Below, piece by piece: positions 35,222 to 48,107 of a stretch of 64,000 bases of DNA. Numbering within the stretch: the first letter of the stretch is position 1; each line of letters starts with the position of its first letter. Source of the stretch: Candidatus Margulisiibacteriota bacterium (GTDB taxonomy: Bacteria > Margulisbacteria > WOR-1 > O2-12-FULL-45-9 > XYB2-FULL-48-7). The notes beneath the pieces are model-generated. The model had not been told where the DNA came from, did no database searches, and saw only the letters and a program-made list of their open reading frames with translations. The DNA lies in assembly GCA_025453605.1 (NCBI GenBank), contig JALOPZ010000002.1, forward strand, positions 388,631 through 452,630. The letters run 5' to 3'. The translations under genes were made by a program, and so were the position numbers.

Positions 35222-36627
35222 TACGCGCCGCTCCCGGTCAGCGTGACCGGGATGGTGCGGAGCAAGATCTTCAGGTCCTGCCAGAGCGACCAGTTCTCGA
35301 TGTAATAAATATCAAGCCTCACCATATCCTCGAACGGCAGATGCGACCGGCCGGAAACCTGCCAGAGCCCGGTGATCCCGGGACGGACCCGCAGGCGTTT
35401 GCGGTGCCAGGCGTTATATTTGGCTACCTCGCGGGGCAGAGGAGGCCGCGGTCCGACCAGGCTCATCTGGCCGAACAAAACATTGATCAGCTGCGGCAGC
35501 TCGTCGATGCTGAAGCGGCGCAAAAACCTGCCGGGCGGGGTCAGGCGGGGATCGTTCTTCATCTTGAAAATATGCCCTGCCACCTCGGACCGGTCCGCCA
35601 GCTGGTCGATCATTTTGTCCGCGTCCTTGATCATCGAGCGAAATTTATACATCGGAAAGGTGCGCCCGTCGAGCCCGACCCGCTCCTGCGCGTAGAGGAC
35701 CGGTCCGGGCGAGGTCAGCTTGACCAGCAGGGCGACCGCGCCGAGCAGCGGCGACAGGAGGAGCAAGCCGAGACCGGACGCGAGGAGATCGACCGACCGT
35801 TTAACTGCCGCGTTCAAACCTTGCAGCCTGATCTCGGAGACGGTCAGCAGCGGGACGCCGGCGATCTCGTCGACGTCGACCCGGCTGGCGATCAACTCCA
35901 GGATCCCCGGGACGATCTTAAACTCGACGCCGAACCGCTCGCACTCGGTAATGATATCGAGGACCTTGTCGGCCGGGATCTTGGCGCTGGCGATCAGCAC
36001 CTCATTGATCCGTTCGCGCGGGATAATGTCTCTGACCGCCGCCAGCGTCCCGAGGACCGGCACCCCTCTGATGCACTGCTTCTGCTTAGCCGGATCGTCG
36101 TCCAGATAACCGACCACCCGGTAGCCGAGCCCCCGGTCCAGCAGCAGCTTGGCGACCAGCGTCTCTCCCATCTCCCCCGCCCCCAGGACGAGCGTATTCT
36201 TGACGCCGCGACCGCAAGCGCGCAGCAGGCGCTGGCCGCCCGCCAGCGCGATCCGGCTGAGCGCCAGCAGGAGAAATGATATCCACCAGGCGTTCAAGAC
36301 GACCAGGCGGGAGAACCAGAGCTCGCGGTAGAGAAAAAGAAAGCCGACCAGCACCAGCGAGGAGACCGAGACGCTGAAAAAGAGGAGCGCCAGTTCATCG
36401 ACCAGCGCGGTGAACTTTTTATTGTCGTAGAGGCCGATCAGCTTGTTGATCGCCAACCAGACGATCACCACAAAAGCGAGCGTGTTAAAGTAACGTTCAA
36501 AGATCGGCAGCGACTGGGGGGCGAGAAAGAGCATGACCTTGAACCGGAGATAGTAAGCCAGGATGAAAGAGAGGATGATGCCGCCGGCATCGATCAGCGC
36601 TTTCAGGATCATCTCACTCTTTCCCAC
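35218..36627 (-). CDS. Polyprenyl-phosphate hexose-1-phosphate transferase (WbaP/exopolysaccharide 'bacterial sugar transferase' family)
   Basis: N-terminal TM helices plus a C-terminal catalytic domain ...MSLVGPRPPLPREVAKYNAWHRKRLRVRPGITGLWQVSGRS. Confidence 0.8.
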   Translation of the reverse strand: MGKSEMILKALIDAGGIILSFILAYYLRFKVMLFLAPQSLPIFERYFNTLAFVVIVWLAINKLIGLYDNKKFTALVDELALLFFSVSVSSLVLVGFLFLYRELWFSRLVVLNAWWISFLLLALSRIALAGGQRLLRACGRGVKNTLVLGAGEMGETLVAKLLLDRGLGYRVVGYLDDDPAKQKQCIRGVPVLGTLAAVRDIIPRERINEVLIASAKIPADKVLDIITECERFGVEFKIVPGILELIASRVDVDEIAGVPLLTVSEIRLQGLNAAVKRSVDLLASGLGLLLLSPLLGAVALLVKLTSPGPVLYAQERVGLDGRTFPMYKFRSMIKDADKMIDQLADRSEVAGHIFKMKNDPRLTPPGRFLRRFSIDELPQLINVLFGQMSLVGPRPPLPREVAKYNAWHRKRLRVRPGITGLWQVSGRSHLPFEDMVRLDIYYIENWSLWQDLKILLRTIPVTLTGSGAY

Positions 36628-38804
36628 GCTTTGTACAGTTCCAGGTTATCAGGGAACTTGTCGAGGCCGTCCTTGATCAGCCGGCGGGCGCTGACGAGCC
36701 GGCCGACCTGCCGGTCGAGCGCTTCCATCTGGTGGAGGACACCGGGAACCGTCGGATTAACGTAAAACGCCCGTTCGAACATCTCGGCCGCTTCGCGCAA
36801 GCGGCCTTCACTCTGCAGGAGCTGGCCGCGCGTTTCGTACGCTTCGGCATAGTACGGATCGATCTTCAGGGCGATCTCGATATTACGCCAGGCCAGCTCG
36901 CGGTTCCCCTGCGAATAGTAAACGCGGGCGAGCATATAATAGTTATCGGCGTTGAGCGGATCGACCTTCGTGCCGTATTGGAGGTATTTCAGCGCGGCCG
37001 AAGTGTCCCCCTGGTTCAGGTAGACGATCGCCAGGTGGGAGATCGTCGTCCCTTCGAACGGCATGATCCGGAGCGCCTGCTGCAGCTCGGCCGCCGCGGT
37101 CGGCAGCTGGCGCATTTCCATGTAAGTCTTACCGCTCTTAAAGTGGATGTCCTGGCGGAACGAAATGAACCCGACCGAAATAATGGCCGCGGCAATTAAG
37201 GCAATGACCGCGACCGCCAGCCACGGGAGCTCCGACCAGACGATCGGCGCCGCTTTCTCTTCCCGGCGTTCTCCGGCGACCATCACCATCCCCCAGAGGA
37301 CCCAGAAGAGCGAGGTGATTGCGACGACGCCAAAACTGAACTGGTTCTGGACCAGGTAAGCGACGATCGCCGCCAGCAGACCGGCCAGCATCAGCCGCTC
37401 GTGGTCGCTGGCCCGCGCCAATTTCTGCCAGCCGGTGGCAAAGACCGTCCCGATAATCAGCAAGTAGAGGAAGAACGAGATCAGCCCCTTGGTGACCGGG
37501 ACGTCAAAGGTCTCGTTGTGGCACCGGTCCTGCTTAACGTGAAAAGCCTCTTTGAAGCGGAAGAGATCGGTCTCGTAGCGGGGAAAGACCATCTTCAGGA
37601 CTTCCGGTCCGACCCCGAAGAGCGGATTATCGGCGACCACGCCGAACGCGCTTTTCCAGGTCTCGCCGCGCGAACCGGCCGCCCCTTTCAGCTCCAGTTT
37701 GCTGGTCACCTCACCCTGCCCGGCGCTCTCCTGCTTGGCGCCGATCTCGCCGGCAAACCGTTCGAACGGCGAATATTCCGGCCGGAGCATGGTAAAGAGC
37801 GAGATCGCGACGATGACCAGCCCCAGCACGCTCAATTCGCGCCAGTTGCGGAAAAGCCAGCGCCGCCCGGCGACGACGACAAAGAGGACCGCGCCGGTAA
37901 AAAAGCCCATGTAGCCCCCCCGGCTTTGCGTGTAGAGGAGACAGATGTAGATCAGCGTCAGCGCACCGCCCCAGAGCGTGTCCAGGACCAGCGGCTGCAG
38001 CCGGTCGGAGTGGAAGGCGAACAAAAGCGCCGCGGCGGTCGCCAGCGCAAAACCGAGATACCAGACCACGACATCGCTGGCCTGCAGGGTAAAGAGCATC
38101 GCGATAAAAACAATCTGGGCGGCCGCAAAATAACTGAGCGGCAGGATCTGCAGGGTCCAGTCGGTTTCTTTGACCGGTTTTTTCTCTTCCAGAAAAAGGT
38201 AGAGGCCGAGGAAGAAAGCCATCAGAATATAAGCGGCCAGGAAGTTCGGCTGGCCGATCGTGCCGATCACCCTCTGCCAGGTGATGACCCCGCCCCAGGC
38301 GTAGGGATCGAGCTCCTGGCGCTGAATGACGCCGTAAACCGCCATCGCCACCCCGGACTGAACGACGATGATGATCAGCCTTTTGAGCCGGTCGGCGGAA
38401 GCGGCAAAATTGGTCGTGATAAAGAAGAGGAGCCCGAACAGGTACCAGGTGGTCAGCCCTTCAAAGCGGCCGTAGAAGCCGGTAAAGCTGGTGTAAACGT
38501 GGACCGAGGTGATCGTGGCGACCGTGGTGGTTAACAGAAAGGAAACGACCGGCCAGTCGAGCGCGGTCCGGATAAAACGGTGCTCGCGCAGAACGATCAG
38601 CTTGAGCGACCAGACGCCGAGCGCGACGACCACAAAACAGCGGAGCCAGGCGACCTTAGTGCCGGAAAAAACGATCCCGAGCCGGCGGTCAAAAATGATC
38701 GGGATCAGAAAAACAATGACCAGCAGGCAGATCTCCATGATCTGGTCAAAGGAAATTGTCGTCCCGAAATTAGCGCCGCCGCTCTTGACCGAACTTTTCT
38801 TCAT
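36609..38804 (-). CDS. O-antigen-ligase/Wzy-like polytopic membrane protein with C-terminal TPR repeats
   Basis: About 12 predicted TM helices in the N-terminal 500 aa. The C-terminus has TPR-like repeats (ALKYLQYGTKVDPLNADNYYMLARVYYSQGNRELAWRNIEIALKIDPYYAEAYETRGQL). Confidence 0.6.
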   Translation of the reverse strand: MKKSSVKSGGANFGTTISFDQIMEICLLVIVFLIPIIFDRRLGIVFSGTKVAWLRCFVVVALGVWSLKLIVLREHRFIRTALDWPVVSFLLTTTVATITSVHVYTSFTGFYGRFEGLTTWYLFGLLFFITTNFAASADRLKRLIIIVVQSGVAMAVYGVIQRQELDPYAWGGVITWQRVIGTIGQPNFLAAYILMAFFLGLYLFLEEKKPVKETDWTLQILPLSYFAAAQIVFIAMLFTLQASDVVVWYLGFALATAAALLFAFHSDRLQPLVLDTLWGGALTLIYICLLYTQSRGGYMGFFTGAVLFVVVAGRRWLFRNWRELSVLGLVIVAISLFTMLRPEYSPFERFAGEIGAKQESAGQGEVTSKLELKGAAGSRGETWKSAFGVVADNPLFGVGPEVLKMVFPRYETDLFRFKEAFHVKQDRCHNETFDVPVTKGLISFFLYLLIIGTVFATGWQKLARASDHERLMLAGLLAAIVAYLVQNQFSFGVVAITSLFWVLWGMVMVAGERREEKAAPIVWSELPWLAVAVIALIAAAIISVGFISFRQDIHFKSGKTYMEMRQLPTAAAELQQALRIMPFEGTTISHLAIVYLNQGDTSAALKYLQYGTKVDPLNADNYYMLARVYYSQGNRELAWRNIEIALKIDPYYAEAYETRGQLLQSEGRLREAAEMFERAFYVNPTVPGVLHQMEALDRQVGRLVSARRLIKDGLDKFPDNLELYKAWERVR

Positions 38805-39879
38805 ATTTCTCCCTTATCAAACCGGCGATCCGCTCCAAAAAGAGCGGTTTGCTGAACCGCTGCGCTTGCTGCCGGACCCGCGCTTTAGCGAACTGCCGGA
38901 AGCGGAATTGGTGCAGGACCGCGGTCAGGGCGGCCGCGGTTTGCGGCGTAAAGAACAGGCCGCTCTCCCCTTCGACCACCGTTTCCCGGGCGCCGCCCGC
39001 CTTGTAAGCGATCACCGGTCGGCCGCAGGCCATCGCTTCCAGCGGCGTGATGCCAAAATCCTCTTCCCCGGGGAAAAGGAGGGCGCGGCAGCCGGCCAGT
39101 TGCGCGGCGACCTCCCGGTCGCCAAGCCGGCCGAGAAAAACAGTGTTCGGCCCGGCCCGTTTTTCCAGGGCGGCGCGGGCCGGACCTTCGCCGATGACCC
39201 GGAGCGGCACGTCGGCCGCGCGGCAGGCGTCGATCGCCACGTCGAGCCGCTTGTAAGCGGCGAGGCGGGAAACGACCAGAAAATAATCGCCGTCAACGCT
39301 CCCCGGCCGGAACAGATCGCTCTCGACCGGCGGATTTATTATAACAGAATCGCGACCGTAAATCCCGCGGATCCGTTCGGCCACGGTGGCCGAATTGGCG
39401 ATGAATTGGTCGACCCGGGCACTGGTCTGCAGGTCCCACGTTTTCAGCGGTTCCAGAAAAAAAGGGAGGATCTGTTTGACCAGCTCGGGTAAGCCTTCCC
39501 GGGCGACGTAATCGTCGTAGCGCCAGACAAAGCGCATCGGCGTATGGCAGTAGCAGAGGTGAAGTTGGTCGGGGCGCTTTTTGACCCCCTTGGCGTAGGC
39601 CGAGCTTGACGAAATGATCACGTCGTACTCGCCCAGGTCAAAGCGCTCGAACGCCAGCGGGTAAAAGAGGAACAACGCTTTGAACCAGCGGCTAGCCAGC
39701 GGAATATTTTGCAGCCAGGAGGTCCTGATATCCATCCGGCGGAAATTATCCGGCAGCCGGGTTGGATCGTAGAGCGAAGTGTAGATCGGCGCGTCGGGAT
39801 AAAGCTCATGGAGGGCGGCCACCACCCGCTCCGCGCCGCCGAACTGGACGAGGTAATCGTGGACGATCGCCACTCTCAT
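38770..39879 (-). CDS. GT4-family (GT-B) glycosyltransferase
   Basis: MRVAIVHDYLVQFGGAERV... and the C-terminal EDFGITPLEAMACGRPVIA motif. Confidence 0.75.
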   Translation of the reverse strand: MRVAIVHDYLVQFGGAERVVAALHELYPDAPIYTSLYDPTRLPDNFRRMDIRTSWLQNIPLASRWFKALFLFYPLAFERFDLGEYDVIISSSSAYAKGVKKRPDQLHLCYCHTPMRFVWRYDDYVAREGLPELVKQILPFFLEPLKTWDLQTSARVDQFIANSATVAERIRGIYGRDSVIINPPVESDLFRPGSVDGDYFLVVSRLAAYKRLDVAIDACRAADVPLRVIGEGPARAALEKRAGPNTVFLGRLGDREVAAQLAGCRALLFPGEEDFGITPLEAMACGRPVIAYKAGGARETVVEGESGLFFTPQTAAALTAVLHQFRFRQFAKARVRQQAQRFSKPLFLERIAGLIREKYEEKFGQERRR

Positions 39880-40967
39880 TTCAGCAGCCTGGCGGCCAGG
39901 AGCTCAAAGTTCCGGTCGGCCAGCCTTTTCAGGCTTTCCCGGACGCCGGTCAGCTTTGCCCGGATATCATTGGCCTGCTCCAGGCTCCGGACGATCCGGT
40001 CGCTCAGAGTGGAAAGGTCGTTAAGATCGAGGCACGGCTGATTGATCGTCGCCAAAAACGAGCGGACTTTGGGATCGTAGGTCAGGCCGATCAGCGGGAC
40101 GGCAGCCAGAGCGGCAAAGATCAGGCTGTGCAATCTCATCCCGACCAGGAGATCGAGCCCGGCCACGATCGTCAGCATTTCGGCGGGTCGGCAGAGGCGA
40201 AAAACGACTTCCGACCGTTCCTGCATCAGCTCGCTGATCCGGCGGGCCTGGCGGAGGTCTTCGGGGCATTGGAAGAGGAGAAAGACCGGGCGGACCCCTT
40301 TGTCGCGAACCAGGCGATCGAGCGCGGCGGCCAGATCGCTAGCCGACTGTTCACTCAGTAACGTCCGGTTGCGCCGCGAGCGGAGCGCGATCCCGGCGAG
40401 CGGCCGGTCAAGCGGGATCCCTTCCAGCGCCAGCAATCGTCTCCCCTCCGCCCGGTCCGGCAGAGGGAGAAGCGCGGTCGGATCGCCAGTCACGGCGAGC
40501 GGCGGGCGGTTCACACCGAGCCCGCGCAAGCCGGTTTCCGCGTCGGTGTCGCGCACGGTGATCAGATCGACCCGATTAAGGACCCAACGGGCCAAAAAAC
40601 GGTTGAACGGCCAGTTGAGCGGACCGTAGCCCTGGCCGAGGACCATCACTTTTTTGCCGAATAATTTCGCCAGCCAGACGATGCCGAGGTAATACCAGAG
40701 GCTGCGCGCGCTGGTCACGTCCTGGAAGAGGGTCCCGCCGCCGCTGATCACGATGTCGCTCCAGCGGAGCGCCCGCCAGACCGCACGTAATTTTCCGCGC
40801 GGGACGCCCGCCACATTGTAATAGGCGGCGGTTAATTGCGGCGCGGCCGAGAGCACGGCGATCTCAACGTCCGGCACGCGCCGGCGCAGGCCGATAACGA
40901 TCGACTCCAGCACCGCCTCGTCGCCGACGTTGTTGTAACCGTAGTAACCGGATAGGAGGACCCTCAT
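39876..40967 (-). CDS. Polysaccharide pyruvyl transferase (CsaB-like)
   Basis: MRVLLSGYYGYNNVGDEAVLESIV...ISGGGTLFQD, a PS_pyruv_trans signature. Confidence 0.7.
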   Translation of the reverse strand: MRVLLSGYYGYNNVGDEAVLESIVIGLRRRVPDVEIAVLSAAPQLTAAYYNVAGVPRGKLRAVWRALRWSDIVISGGGTLFQDVTSARSLWYYLGIVWLAKLFGKKVMVLGQGYGPLNWPFNRFLARWVLNRVDLITVRDTDAETGLRGLGVNRPPLAVTGDPTALLPLPDRAEGRRLLALEGIPLDRPLAGIALRSRRNRTLLSEQSASDLAAALDRLVRDKGVRPVFLLFQCPEDLRQARRISELMQERSEVVFRLCRPAEMLTIVAGLDLLVGMRLHSLIFAALAAVPLIGLTYDPKVRSFLATINQPCLDLNDLSTLSDRIVRSLEQANDIRAKLTGVRESLKRLADRNFELLAARLLK

Positions 40968-42865
40968 TCTTCCGCCTTGATATAGCGGGCGGCGATCAGC
41001 GCGACGAGCGCGCCGACGACCGCACCGAGGCAGAGGGCGTTGAGCGTCCGGACCAGCGAAATAAGGAGCGGCGTGTGGATGTGGGAAAAAGTATTAAAGA
41101 CCGAGGTCGAAGCGACCGCGCCGACCGTCGCCGCCAGCCAGAGCCAGGTCCGGTTGCCGCGCCAATAACAAAGCGCCGCCACCATCAGCGCCGGATAACC
41201 GATCAGGAATTCTTTGGTCCGCGGCCGGACGAACATCACGATCTCCAGCCAGTTGCGCAGGTATTTTTCGACCCCCGGCACCGGAATAATAAAGTTACCG
41301 GAGCGGGCAACGAGCAGCGCCACCGCCCCCAGACCGCAAAGGCCGAGGCCAAGCGTTAGCAGACTAACGCGGACGCTCAGAAAGGTCCGCAGCCGGTCGC
41401 GGAGAAAATAGGCGGCGACGATCAAAAGCGGGACCGTCAACGCCAGTTTAACCGCCGGAAAGACCTCGATCCCGCTTAAGAAGCGGCTATCGGCAAGGAG
41501 CCCGATCATTAGGATAATTCCGAGACCGGTCGTCAGGACGACGCCGAACAGGACCAGCCACGACTTAAGTAACCACTGTTTTTCGTCCCGGCCGCTCCCG
41601 CTCAGATTGGCGATCACCGCGTAGGAGGGGAAGACCAGACTAGCGAGAAAGGCGAGCCCCTTTTGCAGCAACAAAGTTTGGCCAAACTGCTCCGCCAGCG
41701 CGAGCCCCTCCACCCCGCCGAGCAGGATGATCAGGCTGAGCCAGCCCGGGATCTTAATGAACCGGTCAAGCAGAAAGAGGGAGCCGCAAAGGACGCCGGC
41801 CCCAAGTAGAATGATCTGCCACCCCTGAGGCGTCAGCGGTCGGGCGGCCGTCGCTCGCCCCAGAGTAAAACCGGCGCCTTGCAGGCGTTCGGTCAGCTCC
41901 CGGAAATAGCGGAGATTATAGGCGACCGGGAAAGCGTCGATCTGCGGCGGGAGGAAGGGCCGGAGGTAGATCAACCTGACTCCCCGTTCCCGGACCGCGC
42001 GGACGAAACGGTCGAGCGCCTCAGCTTTATCGATCTTGGCCAGCTCATCTTTGGGAACGCTGTGGACCCGGACGACGCTTTGCCCCATCAGTTTTTTAAG
42101 CCGCTGGTCGCCCTCCTGCTTGACGATCTCAACATATCCATAATTTACCCGGCTCTTGCGCAGAGCGTCGGCCAGGGCCGGGATCGCGTCGGGGTAACCG
42201 AGGAGCTCTTCGCCGTCAAAGATCACCAGGCCGTACGGCCGGAGCGCTTCGATCTTGCCGCCGAGGTTGCCGAGGTGATAATGCGGGTCGTTCCAGACCC
42301 GCGGGACAACGGTGAAACCGAATTTACGCAGGTACTGGAGCTGGACCTCCGAAAGACCGAGCCCGAGGAGCCGGAGATCTTCTTCCAGTTCATCGAGCTC
42401 AAGGACATTGCGGCCAAGGAAGCGGGCGCTCCGGTCGCCGAGCGCCCAGCGGAGCTGATCGGCGACGCGCCGGCGCGCCCCAGCGTCAAGGAGATATACA
42501 TAGGTCCGATCAGGTTTAATTAGGCCTCTGGCGGCCAGCGCCGACAACGCCGCCGGTCGCTCCTTAAGCCGCAATAAGCCCGACCCCTTGACGTAAAATA
42601 GCTCGCCGTTCGCCGCTCCGTCCGGCAAGGTCTCCTCAAAAACTCCGAGCTCGGTGATCCCGAGCGCGCGGACCTCCTGCAGGACCGTCCCGATCGGTTT
42701 TTTCTCGAACGCGGCCATCTTCTTCAAATCGTTCAGGTCGAGGACCAGTTCCACCGCCCGGCCGCCGCTTTCGGCGGTCAAGCGGAGCAGGCCAAGGTAG
42801 GCGCCGAGCAGCACCGCGGCGGTCAGGACCAGGAGCAGGATCGCCCGATTCAGTTTATCGATCAT
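40964..42865 (-). CDS. Large polytopic membrane protein (DUF5693-like), often adjacent to CsaB
   Basis: N-terminal TM anchor, a large soluble domain, then ~10 C-terminal TM helices. Family assignment is from memory, with low confidence. Confidence 0.4.
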   Translation of the reverse strand: MIDKLNRAILLLVLTAAVLLGAYLGLLRLTAESGGRAVELVLDLNDLKKMAAFEKKPIGTVLQEVRALGITELGVFEETLPDGAANGELFYVKGSGLLRLKERPAALSALAARGLIKPDRTYVYLLDAGARRRVADQLRWALGDRSARFLGRNVLELDELEEDLRLLGLGLSEVQLQYLRKFGFTVVPRVWNDPHYHLGNLGGKIEALRPYGLVIFDGEELLGYPDAIPALADALRKSRVNYGYVEIVKQEGDQRLKKLMGQSVVRVHSVPKDELAKIDKAEALDRFVRAVRERGVRLIYLRPFLPPQIDAFPVAYNLRYFRELTERLQGAGFTLGRATAARPLTPQGWQIILLGAGVLCGSLFLLDRFIKIPGWLSLIILLGGVEGLALAEQFGQTLLLQKGLAFLASLVFPSYAVIANLSGSGRDEKQWLLKSWLVLFGVVLTTGLGIILMIGLLADSRFLSGIEVFPAVKLALTVPLLIVAAYFLRDRLRTFLSVRVSLLTLGLGLCGLGAVALLVARSGNFIIPVPGVEKYLRNWLEIVMFVRPRTKEFLIGYPALMVAALCYWRGNRTWLWLAATVGAVASTSVFNTFSHIHTPLLISLVRTLNALCLGAVVGALVALIAARYIKAEE

Positions 42866-43933
42866 CCCGTTTCACTCCTCTCAAAGAGGCTTCGATGAAC
42901 GGATCGAGGTCACCGTCGATCACCCGCTGAACGTCGCCGACGTCGATCCCGGTCCGGTGGTCCTTGACCATCGTGTACGGCTGAAAAACATAGGAGCGGA
43001 TCTGGCTCCCCCACTCGATCTTCTTCTTTTCGCCGCGCAGCTCCTCGATCTTCTCTTTATGCTGGGCGAGCATCATCTCGTACAGTTTCGCCTTGAGCAG
43101 CCGCATGGCGATATCACGGTTGTTATGCTGGGAGCGGTCGCTCTGGCTCTGGGTGACCAGGCCGGTCGGCAGGTGAGTGATGCGGATAGCCGAGCTGACC
43201 TTGTTGACATTCTGCCCGCCGGGGCCGGAAGCGCGGTAAGTGTCGACCCGCAGGTCGCTCGGGTTGATCTCCACTTTGATGTCCTCGGTCGTCTCGGGAA
43301 TGACCTCGACCGAGGCGAACGAGGTATGCCGTTTCCCTTCGGACGAGAACGGCGAGATCCGGACCAACCGGTGGATCCCCGACTCATTTTTCAGATAACC
43401 GTAAGCGTACGGTCCGGAGATCATCATGGTGACGCTTTTTAAACCAGCCTCTTCCCCGTAGGAAAGTTCCGGGACCTCTACGCTAAACCCTTTCCCCTCC
43501 GCCCAGCGGCTGTACATCCGGTGGAGGATCTGGGCCCAATCCTGGGCGTCGGTCCCGCCGGCGCCGGCGTTGATCGCCAGAATGCAGTTGTTGGCGTCGT
43601 ATTCGCCGGACATCAGCGTGGCGATCTCCAGTTCGTCGGCTTTTTTACTCAGCTCTTTGAGTTCGGCCGCCAGCGCGTCGACATCGTCCTGCCCGGCCAT
43701 CCCGGCCAGCTCCGCCAAGTCAGCCACGCCGTGCTTGAGCGCCGCCCAGGTGGCGAGCGCTTTTTCCACGCTCTTCTTCTCCTGGAGGACGCTTTTCGCT
43801 TTGGCCTGGTCGCTCCAGAGCTGGGGGTCGGCCGCCTGCTGGTCGAGCGCCGCCAGGCGGGCGCGTTTTTTATCGAGGGCGATGATCTTTTCGATCTCCG
43901 CGCTCCGCGCCGTGAGGCCGGCGACCTTATCCC

Positions 43934-46435
<2,502 letters not shown>

Positions 46436-46441
46436 CGGCGG

Positions 46442-46816
46442 TCAAAGCTCAGGCGGGAGACCGGGGGACTTAAGGCGCGACTCGATCTTAAGCTTTTGCG
46501 CTTCGCGCTTCTTTTCGTGGCCGAGCTTTTCTTTGTGTTTCTCGACCTGCCGTTTAGCTTCGTCAAGCGCCAGGTCAAAGGCGGCGTACGCGTCCTGGCC
46601 CGCCTCCTGCGCCTGGATCACTTTTTTGCCGCTCAACCAGGCGCGGATCTCCGCCACCTGGCGCTGGTTATCATCGTAATTGGCCCGAGCTTCGAGGACG
46701 ACCTCGACCTTTTGGATCCCGCTGAAAAACTCTTCCAGCTTGGTGATCTTGCCCTGGACGTAATCGCGCAGCGCTGGGGTCAGTTCGAGCTTCTGGCCGG
46801 TGATTTGTATCTGCAT
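46442..46816 (-). CDS. hpf: Ribosome hibernation-promoting factor (HPF/RaiA family)
   Basis: MQIQITGQKLELTPALRDYVQGKITKLEEFF is the canonical HPF N-terminus. Confidence 0.8.
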   Translation of the reverse strand: MQIQITGQKLELTPALRDYVQGKITKLEEFFSGIQKVEVVLEARANYDDNQRQVAEIRAWLSGKKVIQAQEAGQDAYAAFDLALDEAKRQVEKHKEKLGHEKKREAQKLKIESRLKSPGLPPEL

Positions 46817-46825
46817 ACTCTTATT

Positions 46826-47452
46826 CTACTCGACCGCCCGGGAGAGTGTCAATATCTCGATCCGCCGGGCCCCGGCAGTTTTCAAGGCGCGAACGCACTC
46901 GCCGACCGTCGAACCGGTGGTGTAGATGTCATCGACCAGCATCACCTTGCGGTTTTGGACCGCCGCCCGGTCGCCGACCCGGAAGGCCTCTTTCAGGTTG
47001 GTGAACCGCTCCTGCCGCGGCAGGTCGAATTGAGCGTGGGTGTTGCGCTGCCGTTCCAGCGCCGTGACGACCGGTTTGTCGTAGTAGCGGCCGATCACGC
47101 GGGCCAGGAGCTCTGCCTGATTATACCCCCGCTGCCGCAGACGTTTCCGGTGGAGCGGGACCGGCACCAGCGCCTCGACCTCGCTCATCTTCAGGCCGGG
47201 GGCCTGGCTCAGGTACTGGACCAGGAGGACGCCGAGCGGCTCGGCCAGCCCTTGCCGGCCTTGGAATTTAAAGCGGTGGAGCGCCTCTTTGACGACCCCG
47301 TCGTAAACTGCCGCCGAGTAAACGCCAAGCTGCGGCCGGAGAAATTTGATCTGCCGGCAGCACTCCGGACAAAGCGCGTCCCGGCCGGGCTGGCGGCAAA
47401 CCTCGCATTTAGGGGGAAAGATCAGGTCGAGCAGCGCCTTGAACATTGCCAT
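46826..47452 (-). CDS. ComF-family phosphoribosyltransferase-domain protein
   Basis: N-terminal Cys4 (CEVCRQ...CPECC) plus the C-terminal PRTase motif VMLVDDIYTTGST. Confidence 0.7.
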   Translation of the reverse strand: MAMFKALLDLIFPPKCEVCRQPGRDALCPECCRQIKFLRPQLGVYSAAVYDGVVKEALHRFKFQGRQGLAEPLGVLLVQYLSQAPGLKMSEVEALVPVPLHRKRLRQRGYNQAELLARVIGRYYDKPVVTALERQRNTHAQFDLPRQERFTNLKEAFRVGDRAAVQNRKVMLVDDIYTTGSTVGECVRALKTAGARRIEILTLSRAVE

Positions 47453-47483
47453 TGATTATAGCATATGCTACGATTAACCCAAC

Positions 47484-48104
47484 ATGACCTGGGACGACAT
47501 TCTCGAGCTGATGGGGCAAGGCGAAGGCCAGTCGGTCGAGTTCGAAAAGAGCATCCCCGCGGCCGACGACATTGCCCGCGAACTGGTCGCCTTCTCTAAC
47601 GCCGACGGCGGCAAGATCATCTACGGTATCGACGACAAAAACCAGCATTTGGTCGGGGTCGACATCGACGGCCGGTTTGAAGATTGGGTCAAAGAGATCG
47701 GCAAAGAGCACTGTTCTCCGCCTATTACTCCGACCCTTGACTTGGTCAATAAAGCCGACAAAAAGATCGTGGTCATCACCGTCCCCGAGGGGCTTGATAA
47801 GCCGTATAAATCGGACGAGATCTGTTATGTGCGCGATGGCAGCACTTCCCGACCGGCCAAGGACAACGAGGAGCAGGAGATGACCAATCCATGGTCAGGC
47901 AAAGGATTAAACAAGCGCCAGATCCGTTCCCTGCAGCTGATGACCGAACACGGCGCCATTACCAATCGGGAATACCGCGAAGCGTTCAATGTCTCCCACA
48001 AGACCGCCCATTTGGAACTGACGATGCTGGAGGACAAAGGGCTGGCCAAGTCAGAAGGGGCCGGCCGCTCGACCCGCTACATCGTCGTCCCGCAAGCGGC
48101 GTAA
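47484..48104 (+). CDS. AlbA_2 (Schlafen-like divergent AAA) + HTH putative DNA-binding regulator
   Basis: DILELMGQGEGQSVEFEKS...ELVAFSNADGGKIIYGIDD is the AlbA_2 motif. The C-terminal region is HTH-like. Confidence 0.5.
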   Translation: MTWDDILELMGQGEGQSVEFEKSIPAADDIARELVAFSNADGGKIIYGIDDKNQHLVGVDIDGRFEDWVKEIGKEHCSPPITPTLDLVNKADKKIVVITVPEGLDKPYKSDEICYVRDGSTSRPAKDNEEQEMTNPWSGKGLNKRQIRSLQLMTEHGAITNREYREAFNVSHKTAHLELTMLEDKGLAKSEGAGRSTRYIVVPQAA

Positions 48105-48107
48105 TAG

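Noticed and set aside
37401-38534. 377-aa plus-strand ORF inside the Wzy-like gene, and the 44252..46252 plus-strand ORF inside secA
   Set aside because: Antisense to strongly supported genes (polytopic membrane protein; SecA with Walker motifs).
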